This document shows, piece after piece, positions 17,882-27,676 of a stretch of DNA of 64,000 nt. Made by a program: the position numbers and the translations under genes. This DNA comes from Oscillospiraceae bacterium (GTDB lineage Bacteria > Bacillota > Clostridia > Oscillospirales > Acutalibacteraceae). Every line of letters begins with the position of its first letter. The stretch's first letter is position 1. The stretch lies in assembly GCA_015065965.1 (NCBI GenBank), contig SVPH01000012.1, forward strand, positions 3,841 to 67,840. The letters are read 5' to 3'. Below the pieces are notes generated by a model that was given only the letters and a program-made list of their open reading frames with translations, did not search any database and was not told the DNA's origin.

Positions 17882-19792
17882 GTGAAAAAAGCGAAAGAGA
17901 AATTTAACCGTAACTTGTTATTAAACCTAATAGATATAGCAATAATCTCAACAGTGTTTTTGGTTTGCCGTATCATTGCTATTTTTGTTAACGGAATAGA
18001 ACAGCCAAGAATGAATTATGTTATAAGTGCGGCTGTTGTTTTGGCATCATACTTGTTGGTTATGAGAGTGTTCGGAGTTAACAAAGTTATTTGGCGATAT
18101 GCAAGCAGCGGCGACTATTTAAAAATCTTTTTTGTAACAACTGCGAGTGGACTGCTTGCTTGTTTGATTCTTGAATTTACCGCCTTTGATATGGTACCGA
18201 CTCTTTTTAATTTCCTTGGTGCTCTGAGTTGTTCATTGGTTTTGACTTTTTCAAGGATTTTTTACAGAGAAGTTATTATTTTGAGTTCCAACAAGGCTCA
18301 AGGTGATGAGAAACGTCTGTTGATTGTTGGTGCAGGAGCGGCAGGCTCAAGAATGATTGATGAAATCAAAACAAACCCTGCCTGCGGACTCAATCCAATA
18401 GGATTTATTGATGATGACCCCCAAAAAGTTAACAGGATACTCAGAGGCGTTAAAGTTCTCGGGAAGATATCGGATATTGAAAAAATTTGCAAAGAAAACA
18501 AAATAGAACTTATATATATTGCGATTCCTTCATCAAGCAATGAACAGAGAGCATATATTCTTGAAGAATGTGCAAAAACAACATGCTCGGTTAAGATTTT
18601 GCCGTATTACACATCTATAGCGGATGACAGCGGATATATCAACAAAGTCAGAGATATTACTCCGGAGGAACTTCTCGGCAGAGAACCGATTAAAGTTGCC
18701 GGTGAAGACATACTGTCTTTTGTAAAAGACAAGGTTATTGCAATAACAGGCGGCGGAGGTTCAATTGGTTCTGAACTTTGCAGGCAGATTGCGGCAAATT
18801 CCCCGAAGCGTCTGATAATAATTGATGTTTATGAAAATTGTGCATACGCAATTCAACAGGAACTTAAACTTAAATACGGCACTTCTCTTGATACAGAGGT
18901 TTATATCGCTACGGTGTGTGACTTCAAAAAGATAAACAGTTTATTTAAATTGGAAAAACCTGATGTTGTTATTCATGCTGCAGCGCACAAGCATGTTCCG
19001 CTTATGGAAACTGTACCCGATGAGTGTGTTAAGAATAACGTTTTTGGAACTCTGAATACCGCATTGGCAACAAGAAACAACGGAATAAAGAAATTTATTC
19101 TTATATCAACTGATAAAGCGGTTAACCCCACTAATATTATGGGGGCAACAAAGAGAATATGCGAAATGATAATTCAGTATGTAGACAGCATTTCGCCTGA
19201 AACAACATTTGCGGCAGTCAGATTCGGAAATGTTCTCGGCTCAAACGGTTCGGTTATTCCGCTGTTTAAAAATCAGATTGAAAAACGTCAGGATGTAACT
19301 GTAACACACCCTGAGATGATAAGATATTTTATGACTATTCCCGAGGCAAGCCAACTTGTTTTGACAGCAAGTGCAATGGCAAACGGCGGAGAAATATTTG
19401 TTCTTGATATGGGCAAACCGGTTAAAATTGATGACCTTGCAAGAAAAATGATAAGCCTTTCCGGCTTGGTAATCGGTAAAGATATAAACATAAAGTATGT
19501 TGGTTTGCGTCCGGGAGAAAAACTTTATGAGGAACTTCTTATGAGTGAAGAAGGGCTCAGGAAGACTCTTAACGAAAAGATTTTTATCGGCAATGCTATA
19601 CATATGGATTATGAAAAATTTCAAAAACAACTCGATGAACTTGGTATGATTGTTGAAACCGCCGATGTTACACCGGAACAGGTTGAAGATAAACTCAAAG
19701 AAATTGTTCCTACATTTAAAAGATATGTTCCGGTAAAGGTTGAAGATACGGTTAGCAGAAAGTTTGAAATTCCTGTTTCTGCGGCACACTGA
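17882..19792 (+). CDS. CapD/PglF/WbpM-type membrane nucleotide-sugar 4,6-dehydratase
   Basis: Four TM helices, IVGAGAAG, ELLGREP, TGGGGSIGSELCRQ, HAAAHKHVP, STDKAVNP, RFGNVLGS, GLRPGEKLYEEL. Confidence 0.95.
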   Translation: MKKAKEKFNRNLLLNLIDIAIISTVFLVCRIIAIFVNGIEQPRMNYVISAAVVLASYLLVMRVFGVNKVIWRYASSGDYLKIFFVTTASGLLACLILEFTAFDMVPTLFNFLGALSCSLVLTFSRIFYREVIILSSNKAQGDEKRLLIVGAGAAGSRMIDEIKTNPACGLNPIGFIDDDPQKVNRILRGVKVLGKISDIEKICKENKIELIYIAIPSSSNEQRAYILEECAKTTCSVKILPYYTSIADDSGYINKVRDITPEELLGREPIKVAGEDILSFVKDKVIAITGGGGSIGSELCRQIAANSPKRLIIIDVYENCAYAIQQELKLKYGTSLDTEVYIATVCDFKKINSLFKLEKPDVVIHAAAHKHVPLMETVPDECVKNNVFGTLNTALATRNNGIKKFILISTDKAVNPTNIMGATKRICEMIIQYVDSISPETTFAAVRFGNVLGSNGSVIPLFKNQIEKRQDVTVTHPEMIRYFMTIPEASQLVLTASAMANGGEIFVLDMGKPVKIDDLARKMISLSGLVIGKDINIKYVGLRPGEKLYEELLMSEEGLRKTLNEKIFIGNAIHMDYEKFQKQLDELGMIVETADVTPEQVEDKLKEIVPTFKRYVPVKVEDTVSRKFEIPVSAAH

Positions 19793-19823
19793 TAAAAGGG
19801 GAAAAGGGAGGAGAAGTTGCGAA

Positions 19824-20555
19824 GTGTATGACATTCACTGCCATCTCATTCCGGGGGTAGATGACGGAGCGGACAGTTTTGAGGAAACGATGGAGATGCT
19901 TGACCTTGCCGCATCAGGTCATACTTACGGAATTATTTGCACGCCTCATTGCAATATCGAAAATTATTGCATGAATTTGTGGAATGCGGATTTTGAACAG
20001 AAAATTAAAAGAATCCGTGAAGAGTCAAAAAAAAGAGGTATAGAGATAGAAGTTTATCCGGGTCAGGAAGTTTTTCTTGATGGCGATTTTACAGAACGCT
20101 TAAAAAAAGGAGAACTTATTACATTGAATGGCTCGGAATATTTGCTTGCGGAATTGCCGTGGGATGAAAAACCGTTTATGGTGTTCAGAAAAATAGCGAT
20201 GCTTATTGCGAACGGATATAGACCTATAATTGCTCATCCGGAGAGGTATGAGTTTATAATCGAACAGGAAGATGCGGCGATTCAACTGAAAGAACTCGGA
20301 TGCTTACTGCAGATTAATAAAGGAAGTCTAAAAGGCTCTTTCGGTTCGGCTGCAGCGGAAACTGCTCACAGACTGCTTGAAAACAGAGTAGCGGATTTTG
20401 TTGCCAGCGATGCACACAGCCCTTACAGAAGAACGCCTTATCTTAAAGATATGCATGAGATGATAAGTACTTTGTATTCGGAAAACTATGCGAATTATCT
20501 TTTAAAAGATAATCCGCTCAAGGTTATTAATAATCAAAAAATTTATAGTTATTAA
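19824..20555 (+). CDS. CpsB/CapC PHP-family tyrosine phosphatase
   Basis: DIHCHLIPGVDDG, TPH, AHPERY, ASDAH; GTG start at 19824 after GGAGG. Confidence 0.93.
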   Translation: MYDIHCHLIPGVDDGADSFEETMEMLDLAASGHTYGIICTPHCNIENYCMNLWNADFEQKIKRIREESKKRGIEIEVYPGQEVFLDGDFTERLKKGELITLNGSEYLLAELPWDEKPFMVFRKIAMLIANGYRPIIAHPERYEFIIEQEDAAIQLKELGCLLQINKGSLKGSFGSAAAETAHRLLENRVADFVASDAHSPYRRTPYLKDMHEMISTLYSENYANYLLKDNPLKVINNQKIYSY

Positions 20556-20579
20556 TAAATACTGCGGGGGGTATACTGA

Positions 20580-21392
20580 TTGAAAAAATTACGGATGATT
20601 GTAAGCGTGATTTTTGTTTTATCTATTTGTTTGTTTATTGGGTTTTACATAGCGGATGCAATGAAAGATGATACAAGACCTGTTATAACCATTGAAGATG
20701 ATATTATAGATGTTAGCCTTAAAATGGAGGATTCGGAATTGCTCAAGGGCGTGACTGCATATGACGAAAAAGACGGTGACATAACCTCCAAAATAATTAT
20801 TGAATCTGTCTCAAAATTTACATCTGAAAAGATTTCAACTGTAACTTATGCGGTTTGCGATGATGATAATCATGTTGCTACCGCAAAAAGAAAGATTCGA
20901 TTTAAAGATTATACCGAACCTTATTTTGTTATAGAAAACTCAATGGTATTTGCTGTCGGAGAAGATGTTGATATTGCTTCTTCTGTCAGTGCTTTTGATT
21001 GTATTGACGGAGATATAAGTGACAGGGTTATAATAACAACAACGGATTACGAAACAAATAAAGTTGGCGTTTTTAAAGTTTCACTTAAAGTTACAAACAG
21101 CATGGGCGATACTATATATATGGATATGCCGGTTTATGTTGAGGAAAAGAGCGTTGCAGCGCCTGAAGTGAAACTTAAAGACTATCTTGTCCATATAAAA
21201 GCAGGAGAAGAATATGATTTGATGGGTAATGTTGAAGGGGCTGTAGATGAAAACGGTGAAAAACTTCAGAATGTTATCATCGACTCAAATTATAATCCCG
21301 ATAATCCGGGAGAGTATCAGGCACATTACTATACAACGGACAGTCAGGGCAGGGAAGGTCACTCAATCTTAACAATAGTTGTGGAAGGATAA
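20580..21392 (+). CDS. Membrane-anchored protein with tandem Ig-like (DUF5011-type) domains
   Basis: N-terminal TM; repeated GVTAYDEKDGDIT / VSAFDCIDGDIS / GAVDENG motifs and PGEY..HY. Confidence 0.8.
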   Translation: MKKLRMIVSVIFVLSICLFIGFYIADAMKDDTRPVITIEDDIIDVSLKMEDSELLKGVTAYDEKDGDITSKIIIESVSKFTSEKISTVTYAVCDDDNHVATAKRKIRFKDYTEPYFVIENSMVFAVGEDVDIASSVSAFDCIDGDISDRVIITTTDYETNKVGVFKVSLKVTNSMGDTIYMDMPVYVEEKSVAAPEVKLKDYLVHIKAGEEYDLMGNVEGAVDENGEKLQNVIIDSNYNPDNPGEYQAHYYTTDSQGREGHSILTIVVEG

Positions 21393-21395
21393 CAC

Positions 21396-22856
21396 ATGAA
21401 AGAATATGAGAGCAAAAGCAAACTGACATTTGAATGGCACAGTTTGCTGCGTGATATAATTAACAACATTTGGCTTGTGGCAATGGCTGCAGTAATAGGT
21501 TTTGTTGCCGTTTATATTTCGGGAGTAAGCATATACAAACCTGTTTACACAAGTTCAGCAACGCTGATTGTCAATGTAAAAACAGGTACTTATCAGGCAT
21601 ATACCAACCTGTCGGCATCAAGCGAAATGGCAACGATTTTCAGCGAGGTATTTGTTCAACCTTCAATGAAAGAAAAAGCAGCGGAATATCTTGGCGAAAG
21701 TTCTTTTAACGGTGTACTTGAGGCATCTGCACTGACCAATACCAATATTCTTAATCTTAAAGTTACCGCTGATGACCCGCAGGTTGCGTACAAAGAACTC
21801 AAAGCGGTTATAGCAGTTTATCCGCAGATTTCAAATACGATTTTCTCAAATGCGGTAATTGATACAATAAGAGAACCGGAAATTCCGCGTGTACCGTCAA
21901 ATTCGGTTTCATCGTCTTACAAATCTATTGTTGTAGGCGGTTTATCTTTGATTGTGCTTATTGCAATTGCTGTTATTTCACTTTTGAGAGATACAGTGAA
22001 AAGTGAATCATCTTATGACAGAAAGATCGGTTCTAAACTTCTTGGAACTGTTGCGCATGAGAGAAAATACAGCACGCTTAAGGATTTTATTCAGCGCAAA
22101 GAAAACAATCTTCTTATTAACAAGCCGTTTACAAGTTTTAAGTTTTCGGAAAGTTATCAAAAAATTGCAACGAGGTTTGAATATCTTAACCGTAACGGAG
22201 GCGACAAAGTTTTTCTTATAACAAGCGTTGCGGAAAACGAAGGCAAATCAACGGCTGCCGCAAACATAAGCCTTGCACTTGCAAGCAAAGGGCATACTGT
22301 TGCGTTACTTGATATGGATTTTATGAAACCTGCGTTGCACGAAGTTTTGAGAATTTCAAAAATTGAATCACCGGATCTTGGCGATTTTCTTTCGGGTAAT
22401 TCAATGATTGAAAAACTTCCTCTTTACAGATATAAATCAAGTAAACTTTTCGTTGCACTGAATGCTTCAAAACATTCGGATTATGTTGAATGGATTAATT
22501 CTAACTCTGTAAAAATATTGGTTAAGAAACTTAAAGAAAGTTTTGACTATGTAATTATAGATACTCCGCCGCTTTCTGTTGCGGCAGAGGTTGCATCAAT
22601 TTCAAAGATTTGTGATAAATCTGTTCTTGTTGTTCGCACCGACTATGTTCAGGCTGCGGATGTCAACGATGCCATCATGACGCTTGGCGAAAAAGAAAAG
22701 TTTGCAGGATGTGTACTCAACGATGTATACAGCGAATTTTCTTTCTTCGGGCAACTTGGTTCCGATGAAACGGGACGCTCGGGAGATTATTACAGTTATT
22801 ATGGCGGATATTCAAAACACGGTTCTGCCTATAAAAATTCGGACAGAAACCTTTAA
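21396..22856 (+). CDS. Fused polysaccharide co-polymerase/BY-kinase (CpsC-CpsD, Wzc-like), copy 1
   Basis: Two TMs; Walker A ENEGKST, LLDMD, IIDTPP; Tyr-rich tail DYYSYYGGY. Confidence 0.9.
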   Translation: MKEYESKSKLTFEWHSLLRDIINNIWLVAMAAVIGFVAVYISGVSIYKPVYTSSATLIVNVKTGTYQAYTNLSASSEMATIFSEVFVQPSMKEKAAEYLGESSFNGVLEASALTNTNILNLKVTADDPQVAYKELKAVIAVYPQISNTIFSNAVIDTIREPEIPRVPSNSVSSSYKSIVVGGLSLIVLIAIAVISLLRDTVKSESSYDRKIGSKLLGTVAHERKYSTLKDFIQRKENNLLINKPFTSFKFSESYQKIATRFEYLNRNGGDKVFLITSVAENEGKSTAAANISLALASKGHTVALLDMDFMKPALHEVLRISKIESPDLGDFLSGNSMIEKLPLYRYKSSKLFVALNASKHSDYVEWINSNSVKILVKKLKESFDYVIIDTPPLSVAAEVASISKICDKSVLVVRTDYVQAADVNDAIMTLGEKEKFAGCVLNDVYSEFSFFGQLGSDETGRSGDYYSYYGGYSKHGSAYKNSDRNL

Positions 22857-22882
22857 ATTTAATTAGAACGGTATGATATTTT

Positions 22883-24343
22883 ATGAAAACAACAGATTCC
22901 ACCGCGCAAAAAAGACCATTGCAGCAGAACGAAGAGAATGCCAAGATAGAACTTTATTTAAGTGACTTGTGGAAAGGTTTACTTAAGTTTTGGTGGGTTT
23001 GCGTTGGTTTAGTAGTTATATTTGCAGGCATAATGTTTTTTAGAAGTTATATGAGTTTTTCTCCCAGATATACTGTTTCTGCAACCTTCACGGTTCAGAC
23101 CCAGGCTGTTGGTGCAGAGGGCAGTGGGATTTCGTCGTATTCATTCTACTATAACAGAGCAACGGCAGACCAACTTTCAGATACGTTTCCGTATATAATC
23201 GAAAGTAACCTGTTGCAGGAGGCGATATGTGAAGATTTGAATATTTCCTATGTTCCGGTATCGCTTGGTGCAACAGCAGTTTCAGAAACGAATATGTTTA
23301 CAATGACTGCTGTTGGTTCTGACCCGCAGCAGACATATGACGTTCTTATTTCAGCAATCGAAAATTATCCGAGTGTTGCCGAATATGTTATCGGCAGTAC
23401 AATGCTTACGATGATATCGGAGCCGGTTTTTCCCGAGGAGCCGTCAAACAAGCAGTCTTATTTAAACCAAATGATCTTTGGCGCTGCTTTCGGAGGCTTG
23501 ATAGGAATTGCGTGGATAATTCTTTACGCAATAATGCGAAATACAATCAGAACCAAACAGGATATTCGTGAAAAACTCAATCAGTTTTGTCTTGGTCTTA
23601 TTCCTAATGTTGTATTCAAAAAGCACAACAAAGAAATTAACAGGGCACTTCTGATATCAAACCCGATGGTTGGTGACAGTTTTCAGGAAGCGGTTAGGAT
23701 GATGAGAAATGCTGTTATACAGTCGGCGAGTGAAGAGATTAAGGTTATTATGGTTTCGAGTACTGCTCCGGCTGAAGGAAAAACAACCGTTGCGGTTAAT
23801 CTTGCCGCCTCAATAGCAAAGGTTGGCAAAAAAGTTATACTTGTAGAAGGTGATTTGCGTAATCCGTCGATTCTTAAACTTATCCAAAACTGTGAACGTA
23901 CAGCAATTAAGGATGAAACAAAGTTCTGTTTTGAAAGAATAGATGAACTCAATATAGATTTATTGACATTCAAAACTGAAAATCATACTGCACAAAAAAT
24001 AATGAGAGCGGATTACTTCAGCAAGTTTTTTGATAGACTTCGTAAGGAGTATGATTTTGTTATTGTTGATACTCCGCCTTGTGCGCTAACATCAGACCCG
24101 ACCGCTATTGCTCAGGCATCTGATGCTGCGGTGTTGGTAATCAGGCAGGACTGTGTAAGAATAAACAGAATCAAATATGCGCTTGACAGCCTTATGTCAG
24201 TCGATATTGAAATACTCGGATGTGTACTTAATGGTGCTGCATCGGGTCTTGGCGGATACGGAGAGAGTTACAGATACGGTCGCTATAGCAAATATAACAG
24301 ATATAGTTACGGTAGGTACGGCTACGAAAAAGAAAAATCTTAA
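22883..24343 (+). CDS. Fused polysaccharide co-polymerase/BY-kinase (Wzc-like), copy 2
   Basis: Two TMs; PAEGKTT, VEGDLRNP, IVDTPP; tail YGESYRYGRYSKYNRYSYGRYGY. Confidence 0.9.
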   Translation: MKTTDSTAQKRPLQQNEENAKIELYLSDLWKGLLKFWWVCVGLVVIFAGIMFFRSYMSFSPRYTVSATFTVQTQAVGAEGSGISSYSFYYNRATADQLSDTFPYIIESNLLQEAICEDLNISYVPVSLGATAVSETNMFTMTAVGSDPQQTYDVLISAIENYPSVAEYVIGSTMLTMISEPVFPEEPSNKQSYLNQMIFGAAFGGLIGIAWIILYAIMRNTIRTKQDIREKLNQFCLGLIPNVVFKKHNKEINRALLISNPMVGDSFQEAVRMMRNAVIQSASEEIKVIMVSSTAPAEGKTTVAVNLAASIAKVGKKVILVEGDLRNPSILKLIQNCERTAIKDETKFCFERIDELNIDLLTFKTENHTAQKIMRADYFSKFFDRLRKEYDFVIVDTPPCALTSDPTAIAQASDAAVLVIRQDCVRINRIKYALDSLMSVDIEILGCVLNGAASGLGGYGESYRYGRYSKYNRYSYGRYGYEKEKS

Positions 24344-24351
24344 GATAAAAT

Positions 24352-26094
24352 ATGATGAGAAAAGTAAAATACACAAAACTTTTTAGTGAAGTTTTTACAG
24401 AGTGGAAATGGCTGCTGCGCTATGTTAAAAAGTATTTGCGCAGCATTGCACTGCATATTGCAATCGGTATACTGGGGATATTTATGGGACTTGGAACAAG
24501 CGTTGCGTCAAAATATCTGATAGATGCTGTTGTTTCTCATAATCAGGAAACCATAGTTTATTCTGCGGTGCTTGCGATAGGTCTGGCTGTTTCACAAATA
24601 ATTATCAATTCGGTATCCTCAAGGATTATATCCAAGACAGGCACAAAGATAAATACAGAAATACGCTCGGAGTTTTTTGCGGATATGGTAACATCTGATT
24701 GGGAAAGCATCAGCGCTTACCATTCCGGCGATTTAATAAATCGTCTTGAAGGAGATATAAGTTCTGTATCGAACGGAATCATTGCTTTTTTGCCGAATGT
24801 TTTTACAAGAATTGCTCAGTTTGTCGGGGCATTCGGTATAGTTCTTTATTATGATGCTACCATGGCTATAATCGCGCTTCTAGGATCACCTGTTGTATTT
24901 TTCACTTCTCGTTTTATGATGAAGAAAATCAGAAAATACAATAAACGAAGCAGAGAAACCAATGGTAAGATTATTTCTTACGGTGAAGAAACCCTTCAGA
25001 ATATTCAGATGGTTAAAGCGTTCGGGCTTGTTGAACAGTATGCTGATAATTTCAAAAAACTTTTGCTTGAATACAGGTCTGTAAAACTGGAACACGATAA
25101 GTTTTCAATATTAATGTCCATGTGCCTTTCTCTTGTTGGTCTTGCCGTTTCATATTCATGTTACGGCTGGGGTGTATGGCAACTTTGGAACGGGGTTATA
25201 TCGTACGGTACGATGACCTTATTTATTTCGCTTTCTTCAATTTTAACTTCATCGTTTTCATCTATTGTATCGCTTGCGCCTTCTGCAGTGTCTATTGCAA
25301 CTTGTGCGGGCAGAATAAAAGAAATTTCAGAACTCGCTAAAGAAAACGATGCGGATGCTCAAAAAGCAAACGAACTGCTTGAAAAAGCAAAAAACGGTCA
25401 AATATCCGTTTGTGCCGAAAACGTCAGTTTCAAATATAAAAAGTCTCCCAATTATGTTCTCAAAAACACGGATTTCTATGTCAGATGCGGTGAAACGGTT
25501 GCAATAACAGGTCCTTCGGGAGAGGGTAAAACAACAATTCTCAGGCTTTTATTAGGACTTGTTGCTCCAACGGATGGCAAAATAGTTTTCTTATCCTCTG
25601 ACGGAACATCTTTAGGTGCATCATACAGTACAAGAAGACTTTGTTCATATGTTCCGCAAAGCAACGATATTACTTCAGGAACAATTGCAGAGAATTTACG
25701 TGCAGTCAGACCTGATGCGGAGGACAGTCTAATCATTGATGCGCTAAAAACTGCAGATGCGTGGGATTTTGTTTCAAATTTGCCCGACGGGATATATTCT
25801 GAAGTTGGGGAAAGAGGAGTTAATTTTTCTGAGGGACAGGCACAGCGAATTTCAATTGCAAGAGCGGTTTTGCGTTCAGCACCGGTACTTATTATGGACG
25901 AAGCAACTTCTGCTCTTGATTACGAAACAGAAGCAAGAGTTCTCGGCAACATAATGATGAGTGACCCTAACAAGATTTGCATAATTACAACACATCGCTC
26001 AAGCATGTTAAAATACTGCAACAGAATTTACAGAATTAACGAAGACGGAAGCGTTAATATATACGGAACAAGCAATGAAACGGAGGAAATCTGA
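24352..26094 (+). CDS. ABC exporter (TMD+NBD, no C39 peptidase domain)
   Basis: TM bundle; GPSGEGKTT, FSEGQAQRISIARA, IMDEATSALD, THR. Confidence 0.92.
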   Translation: MMRKVKYTKLFSEVFTEWKWLLRYVKKYLRSIALHIAIGILGIFMGLGTSVASKYLIDAVVSHNQETIVYSAVLAIGLAVSQIIINSVSSRIISKTGTKINTEIRSEFFADMVTSDWESISAYHSGDLINRLEGDISSVSNGIIAFLPNVFTRIAQFVGAFGIVLYYDATMAIIALLGSPVVFFTSRFMMKKIRKYNKRSRETNGKIISYGEETLQNIQMVKAFGLVEQYADNFKKLLLEYRSVKLEHDKFSILMSMCLSLVGLAVSYSCYGWGVWQLWNGVISYGTMTLFISLSSILTSSFSSIVSLAPSAVSIATCAGRIKEISELAKENDADAQKANELLEKAKNGQISVCAENVSFKYKKSPNYVLKNTDFYVRCGETVAITGPSGEGKTTILRLLLGLVAPTDGKIVFLSSDGTSLGASYSTRRLCSYVPQSNDITSGTIAENLRAVRPDAEDSLIIDALKTADAWDFVSNLPDGIYSEVGERGVNFSEGQAQRISIARAVLRSAPVLIMDEATSALDYETEARVLGNIMMSDPNKICIITTHRSSMLKYCNRIYRINEDGSVNIYGTSNETEEI

Positions 26095-26366
26095 TGGTTT
26101 ATAAAGTCAAGGACGGATTTGTTCTCAGAAAAGTAGGTCTGCAGGTTATGGCGGTTCCCGTAGGCAGACGTACAAGCGAAATCCATGGCATGATTGCCCT
26201 TACGGAAAGCGGAGCACTTCTGTGGGACTTGCTTATCAGCGGAACAGAAAAGATTTCTCTTGTTAATGCTTTGCTTGATGAATATGAAATTGATGAGTCA
26301 ACGGCAAGCCGTGATGTTGATATGTTTTTACGCGGTCTTAAAGAACAGGGAGTATTGGAAGAATGA
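26094..26366 (+). CDS. Stand-alone PqqD-family protein (RiPP recognition element)
   Basis: 90 aa: GFVLRKVG..MAVP...LTESGALLWDLL...L..EYEID...A..DV..FL..L...GVL, the typical PqqD pattern. Confidence 0.92.
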   Translation: MVYKVKDGFVLRKVGLQVMAVPVGRRTSEIHGMIALTESGALLWDLLISGTEKISLVNALLDEYEIDESTASRDVDMFLRGLKEQGVLEE

Positions 26367-27412
26367 GCGATTGTGAAATAACCTCTGTCCTTCCGTCTAA
26401 ACTCAGAACTTATGCAAAAAAGAACAGGATTCCGCTTTCGGCAACATTTGAATTAACACCTTTTTGCAATTTCACATGTCCTATGTGTTATATCCGTCTG
26501 ACTAAAGAGCAGGCAGAAAAGCACGGAAAGATGCTTTCTGCCGACGAGTGGTTGGATGTTGCGTTGCAAGCACGATCAATGGGTACACTTTATGTAACTC
26601 TTACAGGAGGAGAACCATTGTTGAGACCTGATTTTTGGGAAATATATTCTAAACTTAATGAATTTGGTTTTCTCATTTCCATCATGTCAAACGGATCACT
26701 TGTTGATGAGAATGCAATAGAGAAATTCCGTAAATACGGGATGCCATATCAGTTCAAATTGACGCTATACGGTGCGAGCAACAAAACCTATGAACGGGTT
26801 TGCGGTGTTGCAGACGGCTTTACAAGAATTTCAAATGCAGTCAAACTGCTCAAAGATTCAAAAGTGCCTTTAATGCTGACTGCTACCGTAGTTAGAGAAA
26901 ATGCTGATGATTTGCAAAAAATGTATGAGGTTGCAAGAGAATGGAATGTACCGTTTCAGCACTCCATATCCGTTGTTAAATCGGCAAGGGGTGCGAAAAA
27001 TTCAGTTAAAAAGTCACGCTTTACATTTGACGAATTTATTGATGAATTAACATTAGAAAAACTTGAAAAAAACAAGTTTCCGCCTCTTGACAGCCCTTTT
27101 GCATGGTGTGCAAATTACGGCAATTCGTTCTGGATGACTTGGAATGGGTATATGCAACTTTGTGCGTTTATGAACGGGCCGTATACAACTCTTGAAAACG
27201 GTCTTGAAAGCGCGTGGGAAAAACTCAATATAAAACTTGACTCTTTGAAAAGTCCTTATGAATGTGCCGATTGCAAATATGCGGAGTTTTGTCAGCGATG
27301 TCCCGGTACTCTTTGTGCTGAAAGCGGAGATTCCGAAAAAACCAGTAAAGAATTTTGTAAAATCGCCGAAAGGCTTTATGCAGCATATCAAAAATTAATA
27401 AAGGAGGAATAG
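26363..27412 (+). CDS. Radical SAM protein with SPASM domain
   Basis: CNFTCPMC (CxxxCxxC), TGGEP, SNG; SPASM cysteines C..G....C and CADC..AEFCQRCPG..C. Confidence 0.93.
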   Translation: MSDCEITSVLPSKLRTYAKKNRIPLSATFELTPFCNFTCPMCYIRLTKEQAEKHGKMLSADEWLDVALQARSMGTLYVTLTGGEPLLRPDFWEIYSKLNEFGFLISIMSNGSLVDENAIEKFRKYGMPYQFKLTLYGASNKTYERVCGVADGFTRISNAVKLLKDSKVPLMLTATVVRENADDLQKMYEVAREWNVPFQHSISVVKSARGAKNSVKKSRFTFDEFIDELTLEKLEKNKFPPLDSPFAWCANYGNSFWMTWNGYMQLCAFMNGPYTTLENGLESAWEKLNIKLDSLKSPYECADCKYAEFCQRCPGTLCAESGDSEKTSKEFCKIAERLYAAYQKLIKEE

Positions 27413-27415
27413 ACA

Positions 27416-27676
27416 ATGAAAAAAACTTACATTGTCCCTCAGTCAAGGCTTTTTTGCCTGAAAATGAAAGAAAATATTGCCGATTCATACGGACAGGTTG
27501 ACGACTCCACCAGCGGTACGTTTGTTATCTCTTTTACACATGCTGTTGATCCTTGCCGTACTTATTACAGCGGAATGACAACTGCAATTAATACAAAGGG
27601 TGATGAGGCCCCCTTTAATGATTATTTCCATGAACTTGAAGCAATCGGTGCATGGAAATGCTTTAGAATGGTTTAA
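27416..27676 (+). CDS. Putative RiPP precursor peptide (86 aa, YxxP leader)
   Basis: AAGGAGG RBS; MKKTYIVPQ...ENIADS leader-like N-terminus; lies between rSAM and kinase genes with stop/start overlap TAATG. Confidence 0.7.
   Translation: MKKTYIVPQSRLFCLKMKENIADSYGQVDDSTSGTFVISFTHAVDPCRTYYSGMTTAINTKGDEAPFNDYFHELEAIGAWKCFRMV

Noticed and set aside
24250-24330. Short tandem-like repeats (tacgg/tatag) suggesting a repeat array
   Set aside because: They encode the Tyr-Gly-Arg autophosphorylation tail of the BY-kinase; not CRISPR or a satellite.
26094-27412. PQQ biosynthesis (pqqD/pqqE)
   Set aside because: No pqqB, pqqC or ExxxY PqqA-type peptide nearby.
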